Numbered from the whole stretch's first letter, positions 39,738 to 50,005 are shown. The stretch is 63,483 nt of DNA, filler included, from 5 parts of 5 records of this genome joined end to end with filler, not necessarily neighbours in it, one strand, 5' to 3'. Made by a program: numbers and translations. Notes: generated by a model not told the origin, from the letters alone.

Positions 39738-40039
39738 GTGGATTTGTCCGCTCCTGCCGACGCTCATTCGAAGAAGTTATAATGCGACCTCTCTTCCATT
39801 TTTTCGGACACAACTGTGGCGGTATATTGTTAATCGCGGTCAAATAAATACGTTTAACAAGAATAAAATAGAAAGAATATTGATATAAATCACAATATAA
39901 TTTCAACTTTCTAGAAATATATAAATAAAAATTGAGAAGATATGGATTAAAATTTAAAAAAACTAATTAAATAATGATCAAAGTTTATTAATATTATTTT
40001 TATACTGTAAAAGCAGAAAGATCGTGTTGATTGCCTAGA

Positions 40040-41395
40040 ATGAGGAAAGCCAGGACACGCAGATCCCTTCCGAGGGCAAAACCCGCCGTCCGGCCCGTCG
40101 CAACCGGGGCAACCTGCCGAAGGACCTACCGCGCATCGAGCGTGTGATCGAGCCCGACAACCTGCAATGTCCCTGCGGCTGTGGTGAGATGCACAAGATT
40201 GGCGAGGATCGCACGGAGCGGCTCGACATCGTGCCCGCACAGCTGCGCGTGATCGTCACCGTCCGCCCCAAATACGCCTGCCGCGCCTGTACCGACGGCG
40301 TCACCCAGATGCCGGCACCGGCGCATCTCATCGAAGGCGGTCTGCCGACGGAAGGCGCCATTGCGCATGTTCTGGTTGCCAAGTACGCAGACCATTTGCC
40401 CTTGCACCGGCAGAGCCAGATCCTTGCCCGGTCGGGCATCGATATCCATCGCAGCACGCTGGCGGATTGGGTCGGCACCGCCGCGTTCCACCTCGCCCCG
40501 GTGTTCGACCGGCTGGCCGAGCATCTGAAGGTGTCGACCAAGCTGTTCATGGACGAGACCACGGCGCCGGTGCTGGATCCGGGCCGCGGCAAGACGAAAA
40601 CCGGATATCTATGGGCCTTGGCCCGAGACGACCGGGCCTGGGGCGGGGACGATCCACCCGGCGTGGTCTTCTTCTATGCGCCTGACCGCCGCGGAGAGAA
40701 CGCGGAGAAAATCCTTCGTGGCTTCGACGGGGTCCTGCAACTCGACGGCTACCAGGGCTACAACTGCCTGACGCGCCCGTCCCGCAAGGGTGGCTATCCG
40801 ATCCGCGTGGCCCATTGCTGGGCGCACGCACGGCGGAAACTGAAGGAGGTGTTCGATAGAGACGGCTCCGAGATCGCCGCCGAAGGCTTGCGCCGGATCG
40901 CCGACTTCTACAGGGTCGAGGCCGATATCCGCGGAACGGCGCCCGGGCAGCGGCTCTCGGCCCGGCAGGCCCGCACCGCGCCTCTGGTCGCCGCCTTTGG
41001 CGAATGGCTGCAAGAGCAACGCCGCCGGGTCTCCGCCAAGTCCCGTCTCGGCGAGAAGCTTGCCTACATCCATCGTCACTGGGACGGTTTGCAGACCTTC
41101 CTCCACGACGGCCGTGTCGAGATTGATAGCAACAGTGTCGAGAATTTGATCCGGCCAATTGCATTGAACAGGAAAAATGCATTGTTCGCCGGCCATGACG
41201 AGGGCGGCCGCACCTGGGGCCGCATCGCATCGCTCATCGAGACCGCGAAAATCAACAACGTCGAACCCTTCGCCTATCTCAAGGCCACCCTCGAAGCCAT
41301 TGCTGGCGGTCATCCGAAAAGCAGGATCGACGAACTCCTGCCGTGGAACTTCACCCCGTCAAGATGAAACCCGGTGGGCCGCAGACGGCGCTTAC
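40040..41395 (+). mobile_element. IS66-family element, 5'-truncated (TnpC transposase plus right end)
   Basis: CPCGCG, KYADHLPLHRQ, FMDETT, CWAHARRK and DSNSVENLIRPI motifs; stop at 41367; terminus GGCGCTTAC (reverse complement GTAAGCG); no tnpA or tnpB; abrupt rise in GC. Confidence 0.92.
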
Positions 41396-41425
41396 GGAGA
41401 AACTCCCTCTCGATCCAACATGATC

Positions 41426-41525
41426 NNNNNNNNNNNNNNNNNNNNNNNNNNNNNNNNNNNNNNNNNNNNTTAATTAATTAANNNNNNNNNNNNNNNNNNN
41501 NNNNNNNNNNNNNNNNNNNNNNNNN
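41426..41525. other. artificial contig spacer
   Basis: N44-TTAATTAATTAA-N44. Confidence 0.99.
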
Positions 41526-41802
41526 GGACGAAGTCATCTTCGAAGAGTTCAAGGGTACGGGCAACTCCGAGATCGTGCTGGATCGCAAGGTCGCGGACAA
41601 GCGCGTCTTCCCGGCGCTCGACATTCTCAAGTCCGGTACGCGGAAAGAGGACCTTCTGGTGGACAAGAACGATCTTCAGAAGACCTTCGTTCTGCGCCGC
41701 ATCCTGAACCCGATGGGCACGACCGACGCCGTCGAATTCCTGATCTCCAAGTTGAAGCAGACGAAGACGAACTCGGAATTCTTCGACTCCATGAACAGCT
41801 GA
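41526..41802 (+). CDS. rho: transcription termination factor Rho, C-terminal part
   Basis: [44 protein letters not shown]. Confidence 0.97.
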
Positions 41803-41809
41803 GGCTGGC

Positions 41810-43096
41810 GTGGATACGATCTTCGCGCTGGCCAGTGCGCCGGGGCGTGCCGGCGTTTCCATCCTGCGGCTTTCCGGGCCGCGGGCTTGGGACGTCGTGG
41901 GCGACCTCGCCGCGCCGATTCCGGAGCCGAGGCGCGCCGCCTTGCGGCGGGTGTCCGACGGACAGGGTGGCTACCTCGACGAAGCGCTGATCCTCGTCTT
42001 CGAAGAGGGCCGAAGCTTCACGGGTGAGCGCGTGGCAGAGTTCCACCTGCACGGAAGTATCGCCGTCCAGCGCGCTGTCCTTCGACAGATCGCCGAAATC
42101 CCGGGCCTGCGGATGGCGGACCCCGGCGAATTCACGCGCCGCGCCCTGGAAAACGGGCGAATGGATTTGACGCAGGTCGAGGGCCTCTCCGATCTCATCG
42201 ATGCGGAAACCGAACTGCAGCGCCAACAAGCCCTTCGGGTCCTTTCCGGGGATTTGGGACGTCGCGTCGGGCAGTGGCGCCGAAACCTCATCCGCGCGGC
42301 CTCTCTTCTGGAGGCTACCATCGACTTCGCTGACGAAGATGTCCCCGTGGATGTCTCCGACGAAGTGCGGGATCTGTTGTCCACGGTCTCTGCCGAAGTA
42401 TCCCGCGAATTGGCGGGCCTGTCGGTGGCCGAAAGGATCAGGACCGGGTTCGAAGTCGCGATCGTGGGCCCTCCCAACGCCGGAAAATCCACCCTTCTGA
42501 ACCACTTGGCGGGCCGAGAAGCCGCGATCACATCCGAGATCGCCGGCACGACCCGAGACGTGATCGAGGTCCGGATGGATATTCAAGGCCTGCCCGTTGT
42601 CATTCTGGACACGGCGGGCGTCCGGGATACGGAAGACAAAGTCGAAGCCCTGGGCGTCGAACGCGCCTTGCAGCGGGCGGAAAGTGCCGACCTTCGTGTC
42701 TTCCTGGTCCCCCGGGGCGAAGAGCCCGTGGCACAGGTCCGCGAGGGTGATCTTGTGCTCGAAGCAAAACTCGACACGCCCACAGCGGGTCGGAAAGGTG
42801 TATCCGGCAAGACTGGAACCGGTGTCGCCGACCTGCAGCGCCATATCCACGAGACCTTGTCCAACCGGGTTCTGGGTGTCGGCCTGTCCTCCAGAGAACG
42901 GCACCGCACCATGCTGGACGAAGGCAATAAATTGCTCCTGGACGCCTTGGCGCTTTTGGAGCACGGCCCCGACCTATATGATCTGGTCAGCGAGAACGTC
43001 CGAGTCGCGGCACGTCGGATGGAAAGCCTGCTGGGTCATGTGGACGTCGAAAGCCTTCTGGACGAAATTTTCTCCAGCTTTTGTATCGGAAAGTAA
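41810..43096 (+). CDS. mnmE: tRNA modification GTPase
   Basis: DTIFALAS, SFTGE, GPPNAGKS, GTTRD, DTAG and C-terminal FCIGK. Confidence 0.98.
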   Translation: MDTIFALASAPGRAGVSILRLSGPRAWDVVGDLAAPIPEPRRAALRRVSDGQGGYLDEALILVFEEGRSFTGERVAEFHLHGSIAVQRAVLRQIAEIPGLRMADPGEFTRRALENGRMDLTQVEGLSDLIDAETELQRQQALRVLSGDLGRRVGQWRRNLIRAASLLEATIDFADEDVPVDVSDEVRDLLSTVSAEVSRELAGLSVAERIRTGFEVAIVGPPNAGKSTLLNHLAGREAAITSEIAGTTRDVIEVRMDIQGLPVVILDTAGVRDTEDKVEALGVERALQRAESADLRVFLVPRGEEPVAQVREGDLVLEAKLDTPTAGRKGVSGKTGTGVADLQRHIHETLSNRVLGVGLSSRERHRTMLDEGNKLLLDALALLEHGPDLYDLVSENVRVAARRMESLLGHVDVESLLDEIFSSFCIGK

Positions 43097-43099
43097 GGA

Positions 43100-44977
43100 G
43101 TGTTTCACGTGAAACATCTTTCATTCGATGTTGTGGTCGTCGGCGGGGGTCACGCTGGGACGGAAGCCGCCGCCGCCGCGGCGCGGATGGGTGCGCGGAC
43201 TGCGCTCATCACCCTGAGGCAATCGGACGTGGGTGTCATGTCCTGCAATCCTGCGATCGGCGGGCTGGGCAAAGGGCATCTTGTCCGGGAAATCGACGCC
43301 TTGGATGGTATCATGGGGCGGGTCGCTGACGCGGCCGGCATCCAGTTTCGCCTGCTCAACAGGCGAAAAGGCCCGGCCGTTCAGGGCCCACGGGCCCAGG
43401 CGGACCGAACCCTCTACGCCGTTGCGATGAAATCGGCATTGGCTTCCATCGAGAATCTGACTGTCGTCGTTGGAGAGGTCGTGGACTTTGTCCTCACAGG
43501 CCAGAGGCTTACAGGGGTTGTCCTGGCGGATGAGACCAAAATCGATGCGCGCGCGGTCGTCCTGACGAGCGGAACCTTCCTGAACGGTGTGATCCACATC
43601 GGCGACCAGCAGACGCCGGGCGGGCGCATGGGGGATAAACCATCCAACCGTTTGGCGGACCGACTTGGCGAGCTGGATCTCCCCAAAGGGCGGTTGAAGA
43701 CAGGGACGCCGCCCCGCTTGGACGGGAAGACCATCGCATGGGACCGCCTCGACATGCAGCCCGGTGATGAGGACCCTGTCATGTTCAGCTTCCTGAACAG
43801 GGCTCCGGAGGCGCGACAAATCTCCTGCGGGATTACCCATACATCCGAGCGCACCCACGACATCATTCGCAGCAACCTCAATCGCTCGGCTATGTATGGC
43901 GGTCATATCGAGGGCGTGGGTCCGCGGTATTGCCCTTCCATCGAAGACAAGGTCGTGCGCTTCGCGGAGAAGACGTCGCACCAAGTGTTTCTCGAACCGG
44001 AGAGCCTGACGAACTCGACGATCTATCCGAACGGAATCTCGACGTCTCTGCCGAAGGACGTTCAAGAGGCTTATGTCCGCACGATTGTGGGTCTTGAGAA
44101 CGTCGAGATCCTGCAGTTGGGCTATGCGATCGAGTATGATTACGTCGATCCACGAGCGCTGGACGCTACCCTGGCTCTTCGACAAATCGACGGTTTATAC
44201 CTCGCTGGGCAAATCAACGGCACAACCGGGTACGAAGAAGCGGCTGCGCAGGGGCTTATCGCGGGCTTGAATGCCGCTGCGAACAGTCTTTCCAAAGACG
44301 CGGTCCTTCTGAAGCGGTCCGACAGCTACATCGGCGTGATGCTGGATGATCTTACAACGCGGGGAGTTTCGGAGCCTTATCGGATGTTCACCAGCCGCGC
44401 GGAATTCCGTCTGAGCCTCCGCGCCGACAATGCGGACCAGCGGTTGACGCCTGTCGGTATCACGGCTGGGTGTGTTTCAGAGCGGCGCGAGGTTGCCTTT
44501 TCTGACAAGATGGAGCGCCTCGCGCGTGGGCGCGAACTCCTGGAGGCTACGATGATCTCTGCCGGGGATCTCGCTGAAATGGGCGCAGCGATCAATGCCG
44601 AAGGTCCGCGGCGTACCGCTTACAACGCTCTGTCGATCCAGAATGTGACGGTCGCGGGGCTGGACGCGGTCGCGGGCACCTTGTCTTCGATCGACGAAGA
44701 TATTGCGGAGCAGCTTCAAAAAGAAGCGCTCTATGCGAACTACATAGACCGTCAAATGCGGGACGTGGAAACGCTGCGTCGGGATGAAAACGAGAGGATT
44801 CCCAAGGACTTCGACTATGACGCCTTGTCCAGCCTGTCCACCGAGTTGAAAATGAAACTGAAGTCGGTTCGTCCGGACTCCTTGGCGCAAGCCGGTCGAA
44901 TTGACGGAATGACCCCGGCGGCTCTGACCCTTATCCTGGCCAAACTACGGCGTTCGCAGCGGAGCCGTATCGCGTGA
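43100..44977 (+). CDS. mnmG: tRNA uridine 5-carboxymethylaminomethyl modification enzyme
   Basis: [30 protein letters not shown] and [16 protein letters not shown] motifs; start GTG 43100 or 43109. Confidence 0.98.
   Translation: MFHVKHLSFDVVVVGGGHAGTEAAAAAARMGARTALITLRQSDVGVMSCNPAIGGLGKGHLVREIDALDGIMGRVADAAGIQFRLLNRRKGPAVQGPRAQADRTLYAVAMKSALASIENLTVVVGEVVDFVLTGQRLTGVVLADETKIDARAVVLTSGTFLNGVIHIGDQQTPGGRMGDKPSNRLADRLGELDLPKGRLKTGTPPRLDGKTIAWDRLDMQPGDEDPVMFSFLNRAPEARQISCGITHTSERTHDIIRSNLNRSAMYGGHIEGVGPRYCPSIEDKVVRFAEKTSHQVFLEPESLTNSTIYPNGISTSLPKDVQEAYVRTIVGLENVEILQLGYAIEYDYVDPRALDATLALRQIDGLYLAGQINGTTGYEEAAAQGLIAGLNAAANSLSKDAVLLKRSDSYIGVMLDDLTTRGVSEPYRMFTSRAEFRLSLRADNADQRLTPVGITAGCVSERREVAFSDKMERLARGRELLEATMISAGDLAEMGAAINAEGPRRTAYNALSIQNVTVAGLDAVAGTLSSIDEDIAEQLQKEALYANYIDRQMRDVETLRRDENERIPKDFDYDALSSLSTELKMKLKSVRPDSLAQAGRIDGMTPAALTLILAKLRRSQRSRIA
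43101..43116. promoter_or_regulatory. parS centromere site
   Basis: Perfect consensus TGTTTCACGTGAAACA. Confidence 0.95.
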
Positions 44978-45594
44978 CGCCCTCTCTGACAGCTGCCTTC
45001 CCGGATGTTTCACGTGAAACACTAGCGCGGCTCGAACACTACATCGCGCTCTTGCATCGATGGAATCCGGCCATCAACCTCGTTTCCCCGAGCACGCTTT
45101 CTGAGGTCGTGCAAAGGCATATCATCGATTCCGCGCAGGTTTACGCTCTTGCAGGAACGGGCTGGGATCGGTGGGCTGACTTGGGTTCCGGTGGCGGCTT
45201 TCCGGGCATGGTTGTTGCCATTCTGTCGCAGGGCTCGGACGGGGATAAAACGGTGACGCTGGTCGAATCGGACCGGCGCAAGGCGACGTTTCTGAGGACC
45301 GTGGCGCGCGAGACCGGAACGCGCGCAGATGTCGTTGCGGAGCGGATCGAGGCCGCGTCACCGCTTTCCGCTGATATCGTCTCCGCGCGGGCATTGGCGC
45401 CCCTGACCAAGCTTCTGGGATATGCATTGCCGCACCTTGGTCAGGACGGAGTGCTCTTGTTTCACAAGGGTGCCGAGTGGAAAAAGGAAGTCGAAGAGGC
45501 GCGGTCCCAATGGCGTTTTTCCCTGGAATCGCATAGAAGTCAGACCAATTCCGAAGCCGTCGTTCTGGAAATAAGAGACCTGTCCCATGTCTGA
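44974..45594 (+). CDS. rsmG: 16S rRNA m7G527 methyltransferase
   Basis: [24 protein letters not shown] and SARALA motifs; synteny with mnmG. Confidence 0.97.
   Translation: MTPSLTAAFPDVSRETLARLEHYIALLHRWNPAINLVSPSTLSEVVQRHIIDSAQVYALAGTGWDRWADLGSGGGFPGMVVAILSQGSDGDKTVTLVESDRRKATFLRTVARETGTRADVVAERIEAASPLSADIVSARALAPLTKLLGYALPHLGQDGVLLFHKGAEWKKEVEEARSQWRFSLESHRSQTNSEAVVLEIRDLSHV
45006..45021. promoter_or_regulatory. parS centromere site (inside rsmG)
   Basis: Perfect consensus TGTTTCACGTGAAACA. Confidence 0.95.
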
Positions 45595-46390
45595 CCCGAC
45601 CCGCCCTGCCGGACCCAAGATCATCGCCGTGGCGAACCAAAAAGGGGGCGTTGGCAAGACGACGACGACGATCAACCTCGGCGCCGCTCTGTGCGAAATC
45701 GGGTACAAGGTCCTCGTGGTCGATCTCGACCCGCAGGGGAACGCGTCGACCGGGCTTGGCGTCGACGATCGTCCCTATACCACATACGATCTGCTGCTCG
45801 ACGACGTGGAGCTTGAACAAGTGATCCTGCCGACGGGGACAGAGAACCTGTCGCTGATCCCCGCGACGGTCGATCTCAGCTCCGCGGATATCGAGTTGTT
45901 TTCCAACGAAAAGCGCAGTTTCCTTCTGCACGACTCCCTGCGTCAGCACAGGATCGACGATTACAACTTCGATATCATCCTGATCGATTGCCCGCCCTCG
46001 TTGAACCTTCTCACGGTCAACGCAATGGTCGCGGCCCATTCCGTCCTCGTCCCCCTGCAGAGCGAGTTCTTCGCGCTCGAGGGCCTGTCCCAGCTCATGT
46101 TGACGATCCGCGAGGTTCGCCAAAGTGCGAACCCGGATCTTCGGATCGAGGGGATCGTCTTGACGATGTACGATGCCCGCAACAACCTGTCCCAGCAGGT
46201 CGAAGCCGATGCGCGCGCCAATCTGGGCGATCTCGTGTTCCGGACCGTGATCCCGCGGAACGTGCGGGTGTCCGAGGCACCGTCCTATGCTCTGCCGGTT
46301 CTGGCCTATGACAGCCAGTCCAAGGGCGCCGCGGCCTATCGCGCCTTGGCCCAAGAGCTTCTTGCAAAGAAAGAACAACGTGCCGCCTAG
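45587..46390 (+). CDS. parA: chromosome partitioning ATPase
   Basis: NQKGGVGKTTT, DLDPQGNAS, IDCPPSL and IPRNVRVSEAPS motifs. Confidence 0.97.
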   Translation: MSDPTRPAGPKIIAVANQKGGVGKTTTTINLGAALCEIGYKVLVVDLDPQGNASTGLGVDDRPYTTYDLLLDDVELEQVILPTGTENLSLIPATVDLSSADIELFSNEKRSFLLHDSLRQHRIDDYNFDIILIDCPPSLNLLTVNAMVAAHSVLVPLQSEFFALEGLSQLMLTIREVRQSANPDLRIEGIVLTMYDARNNLSQQVEADARANLGDLVFRTVIPRNVRVSEAPSYALPVLAYDSQSKGAAAYRALAQELLAKKEQRAA

Positions 46391-46409
46391 GCCGGAGGAA
46401 GGAAAACAC

Positions 46410-47315
46410 ATGGCAGAACGCAAAGATCAGCGGCGCGGATTGGGGCGTGGCCTGTCGGCGTTGATGGCGGATGTGGGCCCAGCGGCTCAGGGTGCACCGT
46501 CCGAAAGCCCCCGTCGTCCGGACAGGGTCGTTCCGGTCGAGCTGATTTCGCCCAACCCCGACCAACCGCGGCGGTCCTTCACGCAGTCGCAGCTGGACGA
46601 TCTTGCCAATTCCATCCGCACCAAAGGGGTGATCCAACCGCTGATCGTGCGCCCCGATCCGGCTGCGCCGGAGCGGTTTCAGATCGTCGCAGGGGAACGG
46701 CGTTGGCGCGCGGCGCAAATGGCGCAGTTGCACGAGCTGCCGGTTATCGTGCGCGAGTTTGATGACACCGAAGTGCTCGAGATCGCGATCATCGAAAACA
46801 TCCAGCGGGCCGATCTGAACGCCATCGAAGAGGCTGCGGGCTATCGCCAGCTTATGTTCAAGTTCGGCCATACGCAGGAAAAGCTCGCCGAAGCTCTTGG
46901 GAAGAGCCGCAGTCATATCGCGAACCTCCTGCGCCTTCTGAACCTTCCGGACGCGGTTCAGGAGATGGTCACCGCCGGAGAGTTGAGCGCCGGTCATGCC
47001 CGGACCCTTGTCACCGCCCGTGATCCCGAGAATCTGGCCAAAGCCATCGTGGAAAAGGGGCTGTCCGTCCGCGAGGCGGAGCGTCTGGCCAAGGGTGGCG
47101 ATACGCCTGCTCCGCCGCGAAAGACCGCATCGACCGGGCAGAGCCTGGACAAGGATGCGGACACCAAAGCGCTCGAGGCGGATCTCAGCGCGGCGCTTGG
47201 CATGAAGGTGTTTATCGACCACAAGCCCGGTCAGGAAAAAGGCCGCGTGTCCATCGCATACGACACGCTCGAGGATCTCGACACGCTGTGCGGTCTGCTC
47301 AGCCGTCCGAACTGA
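46410..47315 (+). CDS. parB: chromosome partitioning protein
   Basis: GLGRGLSAL, NPDQPRR, AGERRWRAA, ENIQRADL and HTH GKSRSHIANLLRLL. Confidence 0.97.
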   Translation: MAERKDQRRGLGRGLSALMADVGPAAQGAPSESPRRPDRVVPVELISPNPDQPRRSFTQSQLDDLANSIRTKGVIQPLIVRPDPAAPERFQIVAGERRWRAAQMAQLHELPVIVREFDDTEVLEIAIIENIQRADLNAIEEAAGYRQLMFKFGHTQEKLAEALGKSRSHIANLLRLLNLPDAVQEMVTAGELSAGHARTLVTARDPENLAKAIVEKGLSVREAERLAKGGDTPAPPRKTASTGQSLDKDADTKALEADLSAALGMKVFIDHKPGQEKGRVSIAYDTLEDLDTLCGLLSRPN

Positions 47316-47318
47316 CCG

Positions 47319-48434
47319 TTACGGCAAGAGCTCGGCAAGGATGGCGTTCAGAACCATGCGCCCTTTGGCCGTGGTTCTGAGTCCGCCGTCCACCTCTTCC
47401 AGCAGGTCGAGATTTTTCAGATCGGTCAGCTTCGTCTCTGGCGCGGCTGTCGGATCGAGGTCCCGCAAACGCACCAGATCCAGTGGTTCAGAGATCCTGA
47501 GACCCATCATCAAGTATTCAGCCGCCATATCTGCGCGAGATAGCGTCTCGCGGCTTTCCTCGCCGCTTCCGGCTTCGGCCTTTGCAAGCCAGTCGCCGGG
47601 CATACGATAGGCCACCCGCCCCTGACGGTGCTCTCCGACGGACAGACGGCCATGCGCGCCGGGACCGACGCCGACCCAATCCCCTTGCCGCCAATAGATC
47701 AGGTTGTGCCGCGATTGCGCGCCGGGGCGGGCGTGGTTCGAGACCTCGTAGGCGGCGAAGCCAGCCTCGCCACACAGATCCTGCGTCAGTTCGTACATAT
47801 CCGCCGCAAGATCGTCGCCGGGCAGGCCGCGCAACCGACCGACCTGCGCCCGGTCCCAGAAGGCGGTTCCGGGCTCGATCGTCAGTTGGTAGAGCGAGAG
47901 GTGGTCAGCGGCCATGTCCAGCGCCTCGCGCAGTTCGCTCCGCCAGTCCTCCAGCCCCTGCCCCTGCCGAGCATAGATGAGGTCGAAACTCACCCGATCG
48001 AACTCCGACCGGGCGACCTCGACGGCCTTCCGGGCTTCGGCCACGTCGTGCAACCGGCCCAGCCGCCGCAAATCGTCTTCGCGCAGCGATTGCACGCCCA
48101 GCGACACCCGGTTCACACCGGCCTCGCGAAAGCCGCGAAACTTGGCCGCCTCGACCGAGCGCGGGTTCGCTTCCAGTGTGATCTCTATGTCGTTGGCAAA
48201 GGTCCATGCGTCGCGCGCCGCTTCGATCACCGCGTGGACGGTTTCCGGAGCCATCAGCGACGGGGTCCCACCACCGAAGAAGATCGAGGTCAACACCCGG
48301 CCCGGAAACTCTTCTCCGGCGCGACGGATCTCTGATGCCAGCGCCCGGGCCCAGCGGGATTGGTCGATGTGGCGCGTGACATGCGAGTTGAAGTCGCAAT
48401 AGGGGCATTTGGCCTCGCAAAAGGGCCAATGCAC
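47319..48434 (-). CDS. hemW: radical SAM heme chaperone (HemN-like), 5'-truncated
   Basis: HWPFCEAKCPYCDFN, FGGGTPS, YEVSNHA and HNLIYW motifs. Confidence 0.93.
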   Translation of the reverse strand: MHWPFCEAKCPYCDFNSHVTRHIDQSRWARALASEIRRAGEEFPGRVLTSIFFGGGTPSLMAPETVHAVIEAARDAWTFANDIEITLEANPRSVEAAKFRGFREAGVNRVSLGVQSLREDDLRRLGRLHDVAEARKAVEVARSEFDRVSFDLIYARQGQGLEDWRSELREALDMAADHLSLYQLTIEPGTAFWDRAQVGRLRGLPGDDLAADMYELTQDLCGEAGFAAYEVSNHARPGAQSRHNLIYWRQGDWVGVGPGAHGRLSVGEHRQGRVAYRMPGDWLAKAEAGSGEESRETLSRADMAAEYLMMGLRISEPLDLVRLRDLDPTAAPETKLTDLKNLDLLEEVDGGLRTTAKGRMVLNAILAELLP

Positions 48435-48534
48435 NNNNNNNNNNNNNNNNNNNNNNNNNNNNNNNNNNNNNNNNNNNNTTAATTAATTAANNNNNNNNNN
48501 NNNNNNNNNNNNNNNNNNNNNNNNNNNNNNNNNN
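48435..48534. other. artificial contig spacer
   Basis: N44-TTAATTAATTAA-N44. Confidence 0.99.
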
Positions 48535-48788
48535 GCACCAGGGAAGAAGAGGATGCCCTGGTGAGATTGCCCGCTGGCGGGAGTGAGAACGAGGGTGTCG
48601 TCACCGGTGGTGAAAACCACCCGGTCGTCTCGAAAAACGTCGAGCGTGGCGTCCCGATCCGCGGGTAGGACAATATGAAACCAGGTGAGAAAGCTCACGA
48701 TGGTGACCAGCAACGCTGTGAGAGACGTCCACCCGGTAATCCGGATTCGTCGAAGTCTTAGACGTTTACGCGCATCGGGTGGGGTCAT
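48535..48788 (-). CDS. membrane-anchored alpha/beta hydrolase, N-terminal part
   Basis: TM anchor followed by GILFFPGA; cut by the contig end. Confidence 0.6.
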
Positions 48789-48824
48789 CGAACTGCCTCG
48801 GGAATATGGAATACTGGGGACACC

Positions 48825-48998
48825 ATGAACATTGTCATCGTAGTCATCACTTCCCTTCTCTTCCTGGCATCATTCCCGATGTTTACCTACTCGTTCGTGG
48901 TTCCTGAAATGTGGGCACCATGGCTTTTCGCTGCGGGCGTGCTCACCGCATGTCTGTCGTTTGCCATCCCGATGTTCTTTTTGGGACGCCGTCGCTAA
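48825..48998 (+). CDS. small 2-TM membrane protein (57 aa, not in the ORF track)
   Basis: GGGGA RBS; MNIVIVVITSLLFLASFPMFTYSFVVPEMWAPWLFAAGVLTACLSFAIPMFFLGRRR. Confidence 0.7.
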   Translation: MNIVIVVITSLLFLASFPMFTYSFVVPEMWAPWLFAAGVLTACLSFAIPMFFLGRRR

Positions 48999-49495
48999 GA
49001 CGCATCAACACTGAGCACTCGGTTGGAAAAGTTTTCTAGCCGGTCGCGAATTCCGAGTGATTTGTGCGCAATGGTGTCGCTGGCATCAGGAATCTCCGCG
49101 GATTCTGCGGGAGTGATGCGAATCAGGGTCGAGCAAGCCAGGTCGGCGCACAAATAGGTTCCCACCGTATTTCCTCGCGCCCCTTCGTCACCGGCCTTCG
49201 GTGCGGTGAACAAACTCACCTGGGGTGCCGGCTGTTGGGTGTGGCATAAAGCGCAAATCGCGCTCCGACCGCCCGGCATTTGGCTCTCTGCGGCTTTGAC
49301 CATGAGGCCACGAAGTTCCTCACCGACCCAAAACACGAGGTACCCCTTCGTGTTGTGGTGCACATCACGCCAGCCGAGGAATTCCCGCTCGTCCCAGAGT
49401 GTCTCGTGCAAGCCAGGGAAGCTCATCACCTGGAGATCCTGAGGAGTCATGTTGATCATGCACGTGAGAATCTCGGGAGTGGTCACCTGGCGCAT
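48995..49495 (-). CDS. FBP domain protein (FusB-like C-terminal treble-clef zinc finger)
   Basis: FLGWRD, CALCH and GNTVGTYLCADLAC motifs. Confidence 0.85.
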   Translation of the reverse strand: MRQVTTPEILTCMINMTPQDLQVMSFPGLHETLWDEREFLGWRDVHHNTKGYLVFWVGEELRGLMVKAAESQMPGGRSAICALCHTQQPAPQVSLFTAPKAGDEGARGNTVGTYLCADLACSTLIRITPAESAEIPDASDTIAHKSLGIRDRLENFSNRVLSVDAS

Positions 49496-49523
49496 CAACC
49501 CATCCTAAAGCGCCCCGGACATG

Positions 49524-49558
49524 CGTGTGGGGCCACCAGAAACTGGCAGCCCCACACG
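49524..49558. terminator. hairpin downstream of csp
   Basis: Stem CGTGTGGGGC/GCCCCACACG. Confidence 0.5.
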
Positions 49559-49577
49559 GGATATGTCTTAGAAAAGA

Positions 49578-49781
49578 CTAGAGGGGACGGATGTTCTCCG
49601 CCTGTGGGCCTTTCTGGCCCTGGGTTACGTCGAACTCAACGCGCTGGTTCTCCTCCAGTGAGCGGTAACCGCTGGACTGGATGGCGGAGAAGTGGGCGAA
49701 GACGTCGGCGGTGCCATCATCAGGAGTGATGAAGCCATACCCTTTGTCACCGTTGAACCATTTAACGATTCCGGTTGTCAT
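49578..49781 (-). CDS. cold-shock protein (CspA family)
   Basis: [24 protein letters not shown] and GQKGPQA motifs; 67 aa. Confidence 0.97.
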   Translation of the reverse strand: MTTGIVKWFNGDKGYGFITPDDGTADVFAHFSAIQSSGYRSLEENQRVEFDVTQGQKGPQAENIRPL

Positions 49782-50005
49782 GCTGTGTCTCTTTTCTTTG
49801 GTGCTGTGGTGCGTAGTTTCGACGCTCGAAACCAACGGTCGAAACTACCTCCAACTCCCACTCAAATAGAGCACGCCCACCCCGTAGGAGTAAGCAAAGA
49901 ATTGTCGGCTAACAAACGACATCTTTAGCGTAGTGGGAATATGGCGCCAGCGATAGCCCACGTGTTCTCAGCCAGGGGTGAGTCGGCGCTACTACTGTGG
50001 CGCTC

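Noticed and set aside
41627-47222. Long antisense ORFs (41627-42964, 43121-44185, 45122-46423, 46095-47222)
   Set aside because: Shadows of the high-GC housekeeping genes mnmE, mnmG, rsmG, parA and parB; no motifs of their own
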